From NCBI GenBank assembly GCA_041671225.1, contig JBAZBY010000001.1:366940-430939 (forward strand): a DNA stretch of 64,000 nt, written 5' to 3'. Shown here piece after piece: positions 39,618 through 50,098 of the stretch. How positions within the stretch are numbered: position 1 is the first letter of the stretch; each line of letters begins with the position of its first letter. The DNA comes from Patescibacteria group bacterium. GTDB taxonomy: Bacteria > Patescibacteriota > Patescibacteriia > JBAZBY01. Made by a program: the position numbers and the translations under genes. The notes beneath the pieces are model-generated. The model made no database searches, was not told where the DNA came from, and saw only the letters and a program-made list of their open reading frames with translations.

Positions 39618-39777
39618 AGAGCGGAACGTCCCCGGGCCGGCCTGCCTTTCTCAGCATCCTGCATGCACCTTCGAGTTTTGACATCAGCCCGGGCCTCCTT
39701 CTTAGGGGACCCGGGCGCTGCATTGATGATGCTTTACGAAAATGCATGCGCATGGTACATTCACCCCCGCTTTTCTT

Positions 39778-39853
39778 CGGGGATTAGCGCAGCTGGTAGC
39801 GCGCCTGGTTTGGGACCAGGAGGTCGCCGGTTCAAATCCGGCATCCCCGACCA
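39778..39853 (+). tRNA. tRNA-Pro(TGG)
   Basis: Cloverleaf, anticodon loop TTTGGGA, encoded CCA. Confidence 0.96.
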
Positions 39854-39889
39854 AGTCGTCATTGTGCGCGGGCACTGGCATTGCATGCT

Positions 39890-40870
39890 ATGACATCAAC
39901 CTTTCTCATTCTCATTCTGTTGATCGCGCTGTCTGCTTTTTTCTCAGGTGCTGAAGTCGCGTTGCTTTCCACCTCAAACGTGAAGGTGCAGACGTTTCTT
40001 GCGGAACATCGCCGCGGTGCGGGTGCGCTTGCCCGGCTCCAGAAACGGCCACGCAGAATGCTCATCACCATTCTTATCGGGAATAATGTTGCGAATCTTT
40101 CCGCGGCTTCTATGGCAACGGTCATTGCCACAGAGCGGCTTGGTTCCACGTCGCTCGGTCTTGTCACCGGAATGCTCACGCTGGTGATATTGGTATTCGG
40201 CGAAATAACGCCAAAAACCATTTCTGCCCAGTTTTCCGGACGCATTGCCCTGCTGGTTGCGCAACCGGTACTTTTGCTTGAGTATGCACTGTATCCGTTG
40301 GTGCTTATTTTTGGATGGTTTGCCGATCTTCTGAAGAGTCTTATCCATGTGCGGGATCATGATGCCATTTCTGAGGCGGAGATACGCTCCATGTTGCAGT
40401 ATGGTGTTGAGAACCAGGTGATTACACCGGCAGAGCAGGCAATTATGAACCGCGCTGTGCGCTTTGCCGATACGCATGTCAGTACGGTGATGACAAAGCT
40501 CAATGATGTCGTTGCGTTGGAGGCATCGGTGGCTGTTGAGGAGGCGATCCCGCTTATTCTTACATCAGGACATTCCCGCATTCCGGTATATCATCAGCGC
40601 AAGAATCTTATGACCGGCGTCGTGCTGCTCAAGGAGCTTGTTGAGGTACCGCAAGGGGATCAGCGGAAGCCCCTGTCTGCCTTTTCCCATGAGCCGATTA
40701 TTGTGCAGGAGGAAGCCGGCATTGATACGCTCATGCGGGTGTTCCAGAAAGCAAAAAAGCATCTTGCGTTGGTGCGTGATGCGCGCGGGCGTTTTGTTGG
40801 TCTTGTGACGCTGGAAGATCTGCTTGAGGAGTTGGTAGGAGAGATCGTTGACGAAACGGATCGCCTTTAG
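39890..40870 (+). CDS. CNNM/DUF21 plus CBS-domain (hemolysin-family) protein
   Basis: SAFFSGAEVAL, ILIGNN, FGEITPK, GHSRIPVY, GLVTLEDLLEELVGEI. Confidence 0.92.
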   Translation: MTSTFLILILLIALSAFFSGAEVALLSTSNVKVQTFLAEHRRGAGALARLQKRPRRMLITILIGNNVANLSAASMATVIATERLGSTSLGLVTGMLTLVILVFGEITPKTISAQFSGRIALLVAQPVLLLEYALYPLVLIFGWFADLLKSLIHVRDHDAISEAEIRSMLQYGVENQVITPAEQAIMNRAVRFADTHVSTVMTKLNDVVALEASVAVEEAIPLILTSGHSRIPVYHQRKNLMTGVVLLKELVEVPQGDQRKPLSAFSHEPIIVQEEAGIDTLMRVFQKAKKHLALVRDARGRFVGLVTLEDLLEELVGEIVDETDRL

Positions 40871-41187
40871 ATCGAAGAACCCACGATAAAACCCATGATC
40901 GTTGCGACGATCGCAATGCCAAAGGCCCACCATGCAAGCTCGGTGCGGCGTACAGCGGCGTTGGTTCTGATACGCGCTTCCACATTGCGGAGGAAGGCGA
41001 GTTTTTCCGTGAGCGTCCAGTTGTTCTTGAGGCCTTTTTCTTTCATCCAGTTTTCCAGTTCATGCATTTCTTGAAGCGTGCTACGAAAGTGACGGTGTAG
41101 ATGCGGCTCGTTCTTTTCGTTTTCAAGATCCTCCACGAGACTGAAACGAGATTCACCGATGCTCTTTTTCTTTCTTTTTTTTGCCAT
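40867..41187 (-). CDS. hypothetical protein with C-terminal TM helix
   Basis: 106 aa; -10 TATACT 6 nt before ATG. Confidence 0.6.
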   Translation of the reverse strand: MAKKRKKKSIGESRFSLVEDLENEKNEPHLHRHFRSTLQEMHELENWMKEKGLKNNWTLTEKLAFLRNVEARIRTNAAVRRTELAWWAFGIAIVATIMGFIVGSSI

Positions 41188-41268
41188 AAAGGTAGTATAG
41201 CATACTCAACGTAGCGGATCAGGCGACGGAGATAGGAGTGGGAAAAAATATGCTACACTAGGACTACT

Positions 41269-43017
41269 ATGAAAAAGGGATTCAGCGTCAGTTTTTTTCT
41301 CAGCACACTCCTTTTTGCAGCGGGTTTTGCGCTGCCGGCATCGGCTGAGGTTATTCATTCATTTGTTTCGGAAGTTGTTGTTGGCGAGGATGGCACGCTG
41401 ACGGTTACTGAGACTATCAGCTATGATTTTGAGGATATAGAGCGGCACGGCATTTATCGGGATATTCCCTATCAATATGAACGGAATGGTTTTAAATATA
41501 ACTCCCGCATTGATGTGCAGGAGGTGTTTGCGAGTGGCACAAACGTACCCTATGAGGTGAGCAGAAGTGGCGGGGATGTTTCTGTACAAATTGGCGATGC
41601 GAACATTCTTATTTCTGGTGAGCAGGAGTATACGATTATCTACACCGTAGGGCGAGCGATGAACTGGTTTGATGGAGAACCCGAGGTGTATTGGAACGTG
41701 ACGGGGGATGGATGGGATGTGTCGATCGAATATGCGCGCGTGACAGTATCAGGCGTTGCGGCGTATGACACAGAACGAGGCGATTGCTTTACTGGTTCTT
41801 TTGGTTCACAGGAACAGGCGTGCAGTCTGCAGACGGATGATGAAGGTACCGCGCTCACCGCATTCACCACAGAAGAGCTATATCCTTATGAAGGCCTGAC
41901 CGTGGTCGCACGACTTCCTGCCGGGAGTATTGCCGAGCCAACTGCACTGGAACGCACCGTAGACTTTTTGCGTGATAACTGGGGGTTTGCACTTCCCATT
42001 TTTACTTTTTTTATTCTCTGGTTTCTCTATCAGCGTTTTGGTAAGGATCCAAAAGGGCGGGGAACCATTATTGCGCAGTATGGTCCACCAGAAGGCATGA
42101 GTCCCACCATGCTCGGGTATCTTGTGGATGAATCAATTGACCCGCGTGATATTTCTGCGGGCATCATTGGCTTGGCAGTGAAGGGGTATATCAAGATTCA
42201 TTATGTGAAGAAGAAACGTCTTTTGAAAGACAGCCACACGTATGAACTTGAGCAGCTGAAAAAGCCAGGCAAGGAGCTTACCACTTTTGAAAATGAGTTA
42301 CAAACAATCCTCTTTGCGGGAAGAAATGATAGAGTGAAGCTTGATGATCTCAAGAAAACCTTCCCACTGCGCCTGAAGAGTCTTCACAAAACACTGCACA
42401 ATGAGGCTGAGACATACAACTATTTTGGGAACAATCCTCGGGTCATAAAGAGCCTTTATTATAGTCTGGGTGTTGGACTCGCATTTGTATCATTCTATCT
42501 TATCGGGGGTAATATTGGGCTGTTTATCGGTTTCTTACTTTCTGGCGGCTTCATACTTGCCTTTGCCAACGCTATGCCACGCAAGACAGAGAAGGGCGTA
42601 TTAGCCCGAGAACACATTCTTGGGTTCAAGGATTTTCTTACCGTCACCGAGAAAGACAGATTGAAGTTTCATAACGCGCCCGCCGCTCTTCGGCGAGGCT
42701 CGCCCGCTGGTCGGCCAGAGGTGAAGCCGGAACAGTTCATGGAATTTTTGCCGTATGCAATGGCGCTCTCCATTGAAAAGGAATGGGCAGAGCAGTTCCG
42801 TGGCCTTACCGTTGAACAGCCGAATTGGTATGACGGGCAGGATTGGTCCACATTTAATACGATTGTGTTTGTTTCCGCGATGAGTGATTTTGATACCACA
42901 GCAAAGAGCCAAGCCTTTACCGCGCCCAATAGCGGCGGGGGAGGAGGATCATCCGGGTTCGGCGGTGGGGGATTCTCCGGTGGAGGGTTCGGCGGCGGAG
43001 GCGGCGGAAGTTGGTAG
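41269..43017 (+). CDS. DUF2207-family membrane protein
   Basis: HGIYRDIP, YWNVTG, LPYAMAL, Gly-rich GGGFGGGGGGSW end. Confidence 0.92.
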   Translation: MKKGFSVSFFLSTLLFAAGFALPASAEVIHSFVSEVVVGEDGTLTVTETISYDFEDIERHGIYRDIPYQYERNGFKYNSRIDVQEVFASGTNVPYEVSRSGGDVSVQIGDANILISGEQEYTIIYTVGRAMNWFDGEPEVYWNVTGDGWDVSIEYARVTVSGVAAYDTERGDCFTGSFGSQEQACSLQTDDEGTALTAFTTEELYPYEGLTVVARLPAGSIAEPTALERTVDFLRDNWGFALPIFTFFILWFLYQRFGKDPKGRGTIIAQYGPPEGMSPTMLGYLVDESIDPRDISAGIIGLAVKGYIKIHYVKKKRLLKDSHTYELEQLKKPGKELTTFENELQTILFAGRNDRVKLDDLKKTFPLRLKSLHKTLHNEAETYNYFGNNPRVIKSLYYSLGVGLAFVSFYLIGGNIGLFIGFLLSGGFILAFANAMPRKTEKGVLAREHILGFKDFLTVTEKDRLKFHNAPAALRRGSPAGRPEVKPEQFMEFLPYAMALSIEKEWAEQFRGLTVEQPNWYDGQDWSTFNTIVFVSAMSDFDTTAKSQAFTAPNSGGGGGSSGFGGGGFSGGGFGGGGGGSW

Positions 43018-43068
43018 AAGAAAGGTTGTAGATGGTAGGGAGTAGGTTATAGTTTGAAGGAAGAATTT

Positions 43069-44088
43069 ATGAAGGCAGTTTATTTTGAAAAACCCGGCGG
43101 ACGTGAAGTGCTTCAGTATGGGGAATTCCCAACACCAAAACCGCAAAGCGGCGAAGCATTGCTACGAGTGAAGGCATGCGGATTGAATCATTTAGATGTT
43201 TGGGTACGACAGGGAATACCGAACATGAAATTGCCACATATTCTTGGTTCCGATGTTTCCGGGCTTGTGGAAGAGATTCATGGCGAAAGTGTATTGAGGG
43301 TAGGAGATGAAGTTGTTATTAATCCGGAACGCGCATGTGGAGAATGTGAGCGATGTATAAAAGGAAGAGCATGTGAGATGGTGATTACGCTCGGGAGGGG
43401 GCCCAATGGCGGGTATGCGGAATATGTTGCGGTACCGTTGGAACAAGTCTACCCAAAACCAAAAAAACTCTCATTTATTGAAGCCGCGGCATTTCCACTG
43501 ACCTTTTTAACAGCGTGGCATGCGCTTGCAACCAGGGCAAAACTTGAAAAAGGCGAGACGATCTTTATTTGGGGAGCGTCTGGAAGTATTGGCCCCGCGC
43601 TTGTTCAAATTGCAAAAATATTGGGGGCAAAAGTTATTGCCGCAGTTCGATCCAAAGAAGTCGTTGATGTCGTGAAGAGTTGGGGCGCTGATGAGTGCGT
43701 TGTCTACACCAAGGAAGACGTTCTTGAGCGTGTAAAAGAACTCACAGACGGGAAGGGCGTTGAGGTTGTCTTTGAGAGTGTTGGAGAAAAGACGTTCAAC
43801 CTGAGCCTTGCAATGCTGAAACCGTATGGTCGGGTTGTTGTGATCGGCGCGACGAGTGGCGAAAAGGCTTCTTTCAACTTGTCTGATTTCTACCCGGAGC
43901 AATTTTCGATTATTGGATCGCGCATGGGGACAAAAGAGGAATTCGAAAAAGTTCTTGCGATGATTGAAGAGGGAAAGCTGAAGCCCATTATTGATGCAAC
44001 ATTCCCACTTAAAGATGCTGCCGAGGCGCAGAAGAGAATGGAAGAAGGGGAACACATTGGGAAGATTGTTCTCGAGGTTTCTGGGTAA
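43069..44088 (+). CDS. zinc-binding dehydrogenase/quinone oxidoreductase (MDR family)
   Basis: GLNHLD, CGECERC, WGASGSIG, HIGKIVL. Confidence 0.92.
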   Translation: MKAVYFEKPGGREVLQYGEFPTPKPQSGEALLRVKACGLNHLDVWVRQGIPNMKLPHILGSDVSGLVEEIHGESVLRVGDEVVINPERACGECERCIKGRACEMVITLGRGPNGGYAEYVAVPLEQVYPKPKKLSFIEAAAFPLTFLTAWHALATRAKLEKGETIFIWGASGSIGPALVQIAKILGAKVIAAVRSKEVVDVVKSWGADECVVYTKEDVLERVKELTDGKGVEVVFESVGEKTFNLSLAMLKPYGRVVVIGATSGEKASFNLSDFYPEQFSIIGSRMGTKEEFEKVLAMIEEGKLKPIIDATFPLKDAAEAQKRMEEGEHIGKIVLEVSG

Positions 44089-44098
44089 AAACTTTTTT

Positions 44099-45028
44099 GT
44101 GGGATTATCAAAACATACCCCATACCGCAATGATGACTGGTTTGCAATTGGCATTGCATTATTTCATGCGGCATTTACCGGAGCGTATGCCGTTCTTGTA
44201 AACCGAGGGACACAGAATATTCCGCCGTTGCACTTTGCGGCGCTTACCGCCCTTGTGGCTGCGGTGACCATGGCCTTTTTTGTGGTAGCACAAAGGGCTT
44301 TTGCGGATTTTCGCGAGCGTCGTGCGCTGAAGCCGGTCTCGATGGTAACTCTTTTTATTATTATTATTCCCTTCGTCCTGTTTTTTCTTGGTGCGCAGCG
44401 GACCTCCGGGCTCAACACATCAATGCTCCTGTTGGCAGAGGTTCCGTTCACGCTTGTTTTTACGCACTTTATTGGTGAGCGGACAGATCGATTCAAGATC
44501 GCCGGAGGCGTGGGTATTTTTCTTGGAGCCCTTTTTGTTTTATATAATGGAACCCTTCAATTCAATTGGGGAGATCTTCTGATCATCCTTTCTACGGCAT
44601 GTTATCCGATAGGAAATCTTTTTACGAGGAAGGCTTTGCATCTTCTTCGCCCGGCATCATTGCTTTTCCTGCGCTCGCTCGCCGGCGGGGTGTTCTTATT
44701 TGCCTCTGCCCGAATCGTTGAACCTGACGCGCAACCTTTGATGCTCCTTCGTGACTATTGGCCGTATTTTCTCTTTACCGGCGTTGCCATGATGGGGGTG
44801 GTGAAACTGCTGTGGCATATTTCCTTTCAGCGCATGGACATCTCAAAGGCAATTTCATTGGTCCACACGTTTCCGTTGTTCAGTCTTGTCCTATTGCTCG
44901 CCATCTTCCACGAGTCCATTTCTCTCTACCAGTGGATTGGCATCGGCATGATGCTTGTTGGCGTTTTTTTCACGCTCCGCCGCCCGTCCGTAAATATCAA
45001 TGCAACAAAGTACGCGGCAGAATCCTAA
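44099..45028 (+). CDS. DMT/EamA-family transporter (start uncertain)
   Basis: About 10 TM segments, duplicated EamA pattern, GDLLII, FHESIS. Confidence 0.85.
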   Translation: MGLSKHTPYRNDDWFAIGIALFHAAFTGAYAVLVNRGTQNIPPLHFAALTALVAAVTMAFFVVAQRAFADFRERRALKPVSMVTLFIIIIPFVLFFLGAQRTSGLNTSMLLLAEVPFTLVFTHFIGERTDRFKIAGGVGIFLGALFVLYNGTLQFNWGDLLIILSTACYPIGNLFTRKALHLLRPASLLFLRSLAGGVFLFASARIVEPDAQPLMLLRDYWPYFLFTGVAMMGVVKLLWHISFQRMDISKAISLVHTFPLFSLVLLLAIFHESISLYQWIGIGMMLVGVFFTLRRPSVNINATKYAAES

Positions 45029-45145
45029 TCAGAACCTGCATATTCATGACCTTCTTGCATTTCTTGCCCGCTTCTGGCAAACTCTGTGGGCTCTTTTGTT
45101 GATGGCCATAGGGGTCATCAGACGTCCGACAAGGAGGTTCTTCCC

Positions 45146-45670
45146 ATGTCCTGGCGCTGGAGACTCGCTCTCGCTTTTCTTCTTGCCGCGATCGCTGTGG
45201 CATTCGGTATTGCCACGCTTGCCCATGCCGCCACTGTCACCACAACGGCCGAGCAGCTTTCGGAACTCAGGAAGCGCGTTCCGGTTACGAAGTGGGAGAG
45301 GGTTGGGATCATCATCCAGTACGGTGAAAACGAGTACGGGGTCTGGGAGCCCTTCTTGGGGCCCAGCGGCGTACTCATCCTCAAGCGTCAAGGCGGTGAG
45401 TGGTTCACCGCAACCGAACGCGACGCGGAGTTCACCACGTTCATATCCCGGATCGATCGCATCTTCTCCGCCGGCCTGCTGCTTGGCGTGCCGGATCATA
45501 TGTATGCCACGCAGCACTGGTGTGGCAGGGGAGATCAAGACCGCATCCTGCGCAACAAGCAGCGGTTCCCGATTTTCTTCGCCAATCTCCGCGGAGAGTT
45601 CAACATCACTGCGGTGCAGGTGGAACTCCCGGACGGAACCAAGCTCGGCCCGCCGTTTCTGGTGGAGTAA
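45146..45670 (+). CDS. secreted ORFan (SD-cassette class)
   Basis: AAGGAGGT SD; signal peptide ending LAHA; convergent with tRNA-Gly. Confidence 0.7.
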   Translation: MSWRWRLALAFLLAAIAVAFGIATLAHAATVTTTAEQLSELRKRVPVTKWERVGIIIQYGENEYGVWEPFLGPSGVLILKRQGGEWFTATERDAEFTTFISRIDRIFSAGLLLGVPDHMYATQHWCGRGDQDRILRNKQRFPIFFANLRGEFNITAVQVELPDGTKLGPPFLVE

Positions 45671-45775
45671 TCCGTCCTTTCGCCGCCGTTCGCTTCGAGC
45701 TCCGGGCATTCCCTGGAGCTCGCTTTTTTACGCGAACCGTGGGCGCTTTGCGCTGAGCGGCTCCGATTGTCGGCC

Positions 45776-45849
45776 TGGAGCGGGCAGCGGGAGTCGAACC
45801 CGCGTCATCAGCTTGGAAAGCTGAGGTAATACCGTTATACCATGCCCGC
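45776..45849 (-). tRNA. tRNA-Gly(TCC)
   Basis: Cloverleaf, anticodon loop TTTCCAA, encoded CCA. Confidence 0.95.
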
Positions 45850-46250
45850 CTATTGGGCGAGGCTCGCCAGAGGCGGCCCGCGTATGAAAAGCGGTGTCTA
45901 TACTACGTGGTTTTTGCCTGAATGACAAGCCCACAACAAGAACACCCCCATGCCTACATGAGAGTGCTCTTGGAAAAAGGGTAAATGTTTTTCTACTGAG
46001 TAATCGAAAAGATTACTACAGCACGTAGTAGTTTAGCACATGTAAAAACAGTGTCAAGTCACAATCTGCATACTTTGTATGACACGAGGACTTGACTCCA
46101 GACTCTCGATCTGATACTCTCCTCATCGCAAAGAGCCCATGCAGATGCATGGTTTTTTGTTGCCTGAAATTCAAAAAGGGGGGCAGGTCGTCCGGTTTTG
46201 CCGAGACGAACCTCGCCCGTAAGGGCGGGTGCTAAGCATTATGCCTATGT

Positions 46251-46769
46251 ATGAAACGACTCCCACGGAAGATCCGTCGGAAACTCCAGAAGTTACCGTT
46301 TGCTCACGCCATCGCGCTCATTACCATCGTGAATATCATCATTCCACAGCATACAGCGATCGCTGCGGAAAGCGTTGATGTGTTACCGCAGATTCCTTCA
46401 GTGGTTATGCGGCAAGCGTTGACCCAAGCGCGTCTCGATTTGGGCACACTGCCCCAGATGGCTGATGTCCCCGTGAAGCGCACGATGCGTCTCACAGTAA
46501 CCGCGTATTCTTCAACAGTTGATCAAACAGATGGAGATCCATTTACTGCCGCATCGGGTGCACGCGTTTTTGACGGTATGCTTGCGCACAACACACTCCC
46601 ATTTGGGACAAAGGTGCGTATTCCGGAATATTTTGGTGATAAAGTTTTTATTGTCCTTGATCGACTCAATCCGCGGTATGGCCAATACATGGCCGATATC
46701 TGGATGGAAACACGTGAACAGGCAAAACAGTGGGGTGCGAGAATCGTTACCATAGAGATTCTCGACTAA
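46251..46769 (+). CDS. 3D-domain (peptidoglycan-acting) protein
   Basis: TVTAYSSTVDQTDGDPF, LPFGTKV, VLDRLN, ADIWM. Confidence 0.88.
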   Translation: MKRLPRKIRRKLQKLPFAHAIALITIVNIIIPQHTAIAAESVDVLPQIPSVVMRQALTQARLDLGTLPQMADVPVKRTMRLTVTAYSSTVDQTDGDPFTAASGARVFDGMLAHNTLPFGTKVRIPEYFGDKVFIVLDRLNPRYGQYMADIWMETREQAKQWGARIVTIEILD

Positions 46770-46856
46770 CCTCTATCCAAAAAACCGTTGCTTTCACAGC
46801 ACGCGGTTTTTTTGGTATACTGTCGTTATCTTTTATCTTTTATTTTGAGGGGGATT

Positions 46857-47105
46857 ATGAAAAAAGCGCGAACGTTATTTATCGCGTTTGTCCTTTCCGG
46901 GGTGCTTCTTCTTCCGCTCGGCGTTCGTGCGCAGGATGCGGAAGAGACCGTTGAAGTCACTGCAACACAATCACAGACGGTTGGTGTTGTTGAATACGAC
47001 AATGCATCCGCAAAGGCAGACCTCGCATTGATTCTTGCTCTTGCCGCTATTGCACTACTCGGAGTCTATGCACTCTGGGATCGTGAGCACGGCGTGCGGA
47101 AATAA
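46857..47105 (+). CDS. small exported protein with C-terminal membrane anchor
   Basis: Signal peptide ending VRA plus C-terminal TM. Confidence 0.6.
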   Translation: MKKARTLFIAFVLSGVLLLPLGVRAQDAEETVEVTATQSQTVGVVEYDNASAKADLALILALAAIALLGVYALWDREHGVRK

Positions 47106-47241
47106 TATATTTTTATACAAGGCTCTGTTGTGAAGACAGGGTCTTTTGTATGTAGAAGAATCTGTATTATATGATCAGCTGAAATGACACTCTCGGATTG
47201 ATGGGCTCGCCGAGTTTTTCTGACCGTGTTTGCTATTCTGC

Positions 47242-47499
47242 TTAGAACCAGCCGGAGCCTTCTTTGCCTTCTTTCACAACCGAATACCCGCCGTTGTGGT
47301 ACGTCATGGAGTAATTATATCGCGTTCCACCATCGCTGATTTCAAAGTCCGCGTTGCCATGCACTTTTGCATGTGAAAAAATAACGTCCGCTTCTTGGTT
47401 GTCCAGGTGACGCAAATATTCACGGGCGTCCTCATCATCGCAGTAGACAGGATGGCCGTGGATTTCGCTTTTAAACTGTGGCTGTTCTTCGTCTGCCAT
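47242..47499 (-). CDS. hypothetical protein
   Basis: 85 aa; -10-like TACAGT 6 nt before ATG. Confidence 0.6.
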   Translation of the reverse strand: MADEEQPQFKSEIHGHPVYCDDEDAREYLRHLDNQEADVIFSHAKVHGNADFEISDGGTRYNYSMTYHNGGYSVVKEGKEGSGWF

Positions 47500-47595
47500 G
47501 AGGTCACTGTATGCTTTGCGGAGAAAAAAGGCAACTGTTGATGAAAGCCGAAGCGGGCGCACAAGAGCCCGTGCCTGCGTTGCATTTTATTTTTT

Positions 47596-47682
47596 TGGTG
47601 CCGGGGGAGGGATTCGAACCCTCAAGCCCTTTCGGGCTGCAGATTTTAAGTCTGCTGCGTAAACCAGTTCCGCCACCCCGGC
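47596..47682 (-). tRNA. tRNA-Leu(TAA)
   Basis: 87-nt cloverleaf with long variable arm, anticodon loop CTTAAAA, CCA. Confidence 0.95.
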
Positions 47683-47959
47683 ATATTTTAATAGCTTACT
47701 CTCCCGTCCCAGTTTTTGAGTGATTTGAATTCCACCCATGCCCGCCGTATCCGCCGTAGTCTCCTGACGAAGGCGGAGAAGGCGGGACCGCAGCTTACGC
47801 GCTCAGTATGCGTTCGAAACCGATAAAAATCAACTTTTCGGGTTGGTAGAATACGTTTTTTTAAAATACTGGACATTTTATCGTTTTTTGCTATACTCCC
47901 CCAGTCTTTAGCAGCTTTGGGTAAGGTCACTTTTTATCACCAATCATTAATATTTTCCT

Positions 47960-49999
47960 ATGTTTCTCGTGACCGTTTTCAGTCTCAGCGCGGCCGGGCT
48001 CATCATCGCCGGTTTTCTTGCGCGATATATCATCAACAGCGATCAGGGTAATGAAAAAATGCAGGAGATCGCGCAGGCCATCCGTCAGGGAGCCGGCGCG
48101 TTTTTGAAGCGCCAATACACGACCATTGCGATCATTTCCGCTATCGTTGCGGTACTCATCTTCGGGCTGTACGCATTCAGCGGACGGCTTGAACTTGGGT
48201 GGAAGACAGCCATTGCGTTCGTGCTCGGCGCCGCGTTTTCCGGTGCGTCCGGATACGTCGGCATGTATATTTCTGTGCGCGCCAATCTGCGCACCGCAGC
48301 AGCCGCGACCCGCAGCGTGAACGAAGCGCTCACCAAGGCGCTGCGCGGCGGTGCGGTTTCCGGCATCTTGGTCGTTGCGCTTTCCCTTTTGGGAGTCGCA
48401 GGATTGTTCGTATTGTACGGCGGCGTGCAGGATCCGGAATCAGTTCCGCTCACCTTGGTCGGTTTCGGCTTCGGCGCGTCATTGGTCGCGCTCTTTGCAC
48501 AGCTCGGTGGCGGTATCTATACCAAAGCAGCTGACGTGGGCGCGGACCTTGTGGGAAAGGTGGAAGCAGGCATTCCGGAAGACGACATCCGCAATCCGGC
48601 CGTCGTTGCAGATTTGGTCGGCGATAACGTCGGCGACTGCGCAGGCCGCGGTGCGGACCTCTTTGAAAGCACGGCCGCAGAGAACATCGGCGCAATGATC
48701 CTCGGAATCGTGTTGTTCCCGGTGTTCGGCATCGGCGGAATCATCTTCCCGCTCGTTGCCCGTTCGTTCGGATTGGTCGCGTCCATCATCGGCATCTTCT
48801 CCGTGAAGGTGCGCGGCGAAGAGGATCCGATGAAAGCATTGAATCGCGGTTTCTATGTGACGGCGCTCCTGGCATTCGTCGGATTCAGTGCCGCAAGCTA
48901 TATGATCTTTAAGGACCACTGGATCGCATTCTCGTTCGCCGGCTTGGTTGGCCTTGTCACAAGTTTGATCTTCTTACTCATCACGCAGTATTACACCGAA
49001 TATCGCTATCGTCCGGTCAAATCCATCGCACAGGCATCATCCACCGGCGGCGCGACCAACATCATCACAGGATTCGCTGTCGGCATGGAAAGCGTTGCTG
49101 GCCCGGTAATCGTCATCGTTGCTGCATTGCTCGGAGCATACTTCATCGGTGAAGGTACGGGACTGGAGGATGGCGGTCTGTATGGAACGGCTGTTGCCAC
49201 CATGGGTATGTTGGCCCCCGCGGCATATGTCCTTGCCATGGATACGTTCGGTCCCATCACGGACAACGCTGGCGGTATCGTGGAAATGTCCGGTTCTCCA
49301 GAAGATGTGCGCAAGCGCACAGACCGTCTTGATGCCGTTGGCAACACCACCAAGGCATTGACCAAGGGATATGCCGTCGGTTCCGCAGCACTCGCTGCAT
49401 TCCTGTTGTTCTCTGCATTCATGACAGACGCGCATCTGGAAAGCATTGACCTTGCGAAGCCCGTTGTCTTCGTTGGTGGGTTCCTCGGCGCCATGCTGGT
49501 CTTCTTGTTCTCATCGCTTGCCATCCGCGCTGTGGGCAAAGGCGCGTACTACATCATCAATGAAGTGCGCCGCCAGTTCAAAGCGGACCCCGGCATCATG
49601 GCAGGAACATCCAAACCAAGCTACACCCAGTGTGTGGACATTGCGACCAAAGGAGCACTGCGTGAAATGGTATGGCCTGGATTGGTGGCCATCATCGGAC
49701 CTACGGCCATCGGATATTTCCTTGGTGCAGAAGCTGTTGGCGCAACGCTCATGGTCGGTACTATCACCGGCGTGGTCATGGCACTTCTGTTGAATAACAG
49801 CGGCGGTGCATGGGACAACGCGAAGAAATATATTGAAATGGGAAATCTTGGCGGCAAGGGTTCCGAGGTTCATAAGGCTGCAGTCGTTGGAGACACGGTC
49901 GGCGACCCGTTCAAGGACACTGCCGGTCCGTCGCTCCACGTCTTTATCAAGTTGCTCGCAACATTGACGCTGGTGCTGGTTCCGCTCTTCCTGCGGTAA
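47960..49999 (+). CDS. hppA: membrane pyrophosphatase, K+-independent type
   Basis: [42 protein letters not shown]. Confidence 0.96.
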   Translation: MFLVTVFSLSAAGLIIAGFLARYIINSDQGNEKMQEIAQAIRQGAGAFLKRQYTTIAIISAIVAVLIFGLYAFSGRLELGWKTAIAFVLGAAFSGASGYVGMYISVRANLRTAAAATRSVNEALTKALRGGAVSGILVVALSLLGVAGLFVLYGGVQDPESVPLTLVGFGFGASLVALFAQLGGGIYTKAADVGADLVGKVEAGIPEDDIRNPAVVADLVGDNVGDCAGRGADLFESTAAENIGAMILGIVLFPVFGIGGIIFPLVARSFGLVASIIGIFSVKVRGEEDPMKALNRGFYVTALLAFVGFSAASYMIFKDHWIAFSFAGLVGLVTSLIFLLITQYYTEYRYRPVKSIAQASSTGGATNIITGFAVGMESVAGPVIVIVAALLGAYFIGEGTGLEDGGLYGTAVATMGMLAPAAYVLAMDTFGPITDNAGGIVEMSGSPEDVRKRTDRLDAVGNTTKALTKGYAVGSAALAAFLLFSAFMTDAHLESIDLAKPVVFVGGFLGAMLVFLFSSLAIRAVGKGAYYIINEVRRQFKADPGIMAGTSKPSYTQCVDIATKGALREMVWPGLVAIIGPTAIGYFLGAEAVGATLMVGTITGVVMALLLNNSGGAWDNAKKYIEMGNLGGKGSEVHKAAVVGDTVGDPFKDTAGPSLHVFIKLLATLTLVLVPLFLR

Positions 50000-50098
50000 T
50001 AACCATTCCAGCGATAAGAAAACCGGCTGCATCGCAAAAAGCGAGCGGCCGGTTTTCGTATCCAAACGCTCTCCATGAATGATTTCATGAAGAGCGTT

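Noticed and set aside
42930-43014. GGC-rich repeat
   Set aside because: It encodes the normal Gly-rich C-terminus of DUF2207 proteins.
46120-46250. c-di-AMP (ydaO) riboswitch before the 3D-domain gene
   Set aside because: The context fits, but I could not find the conserved ydaO sequence blocks.
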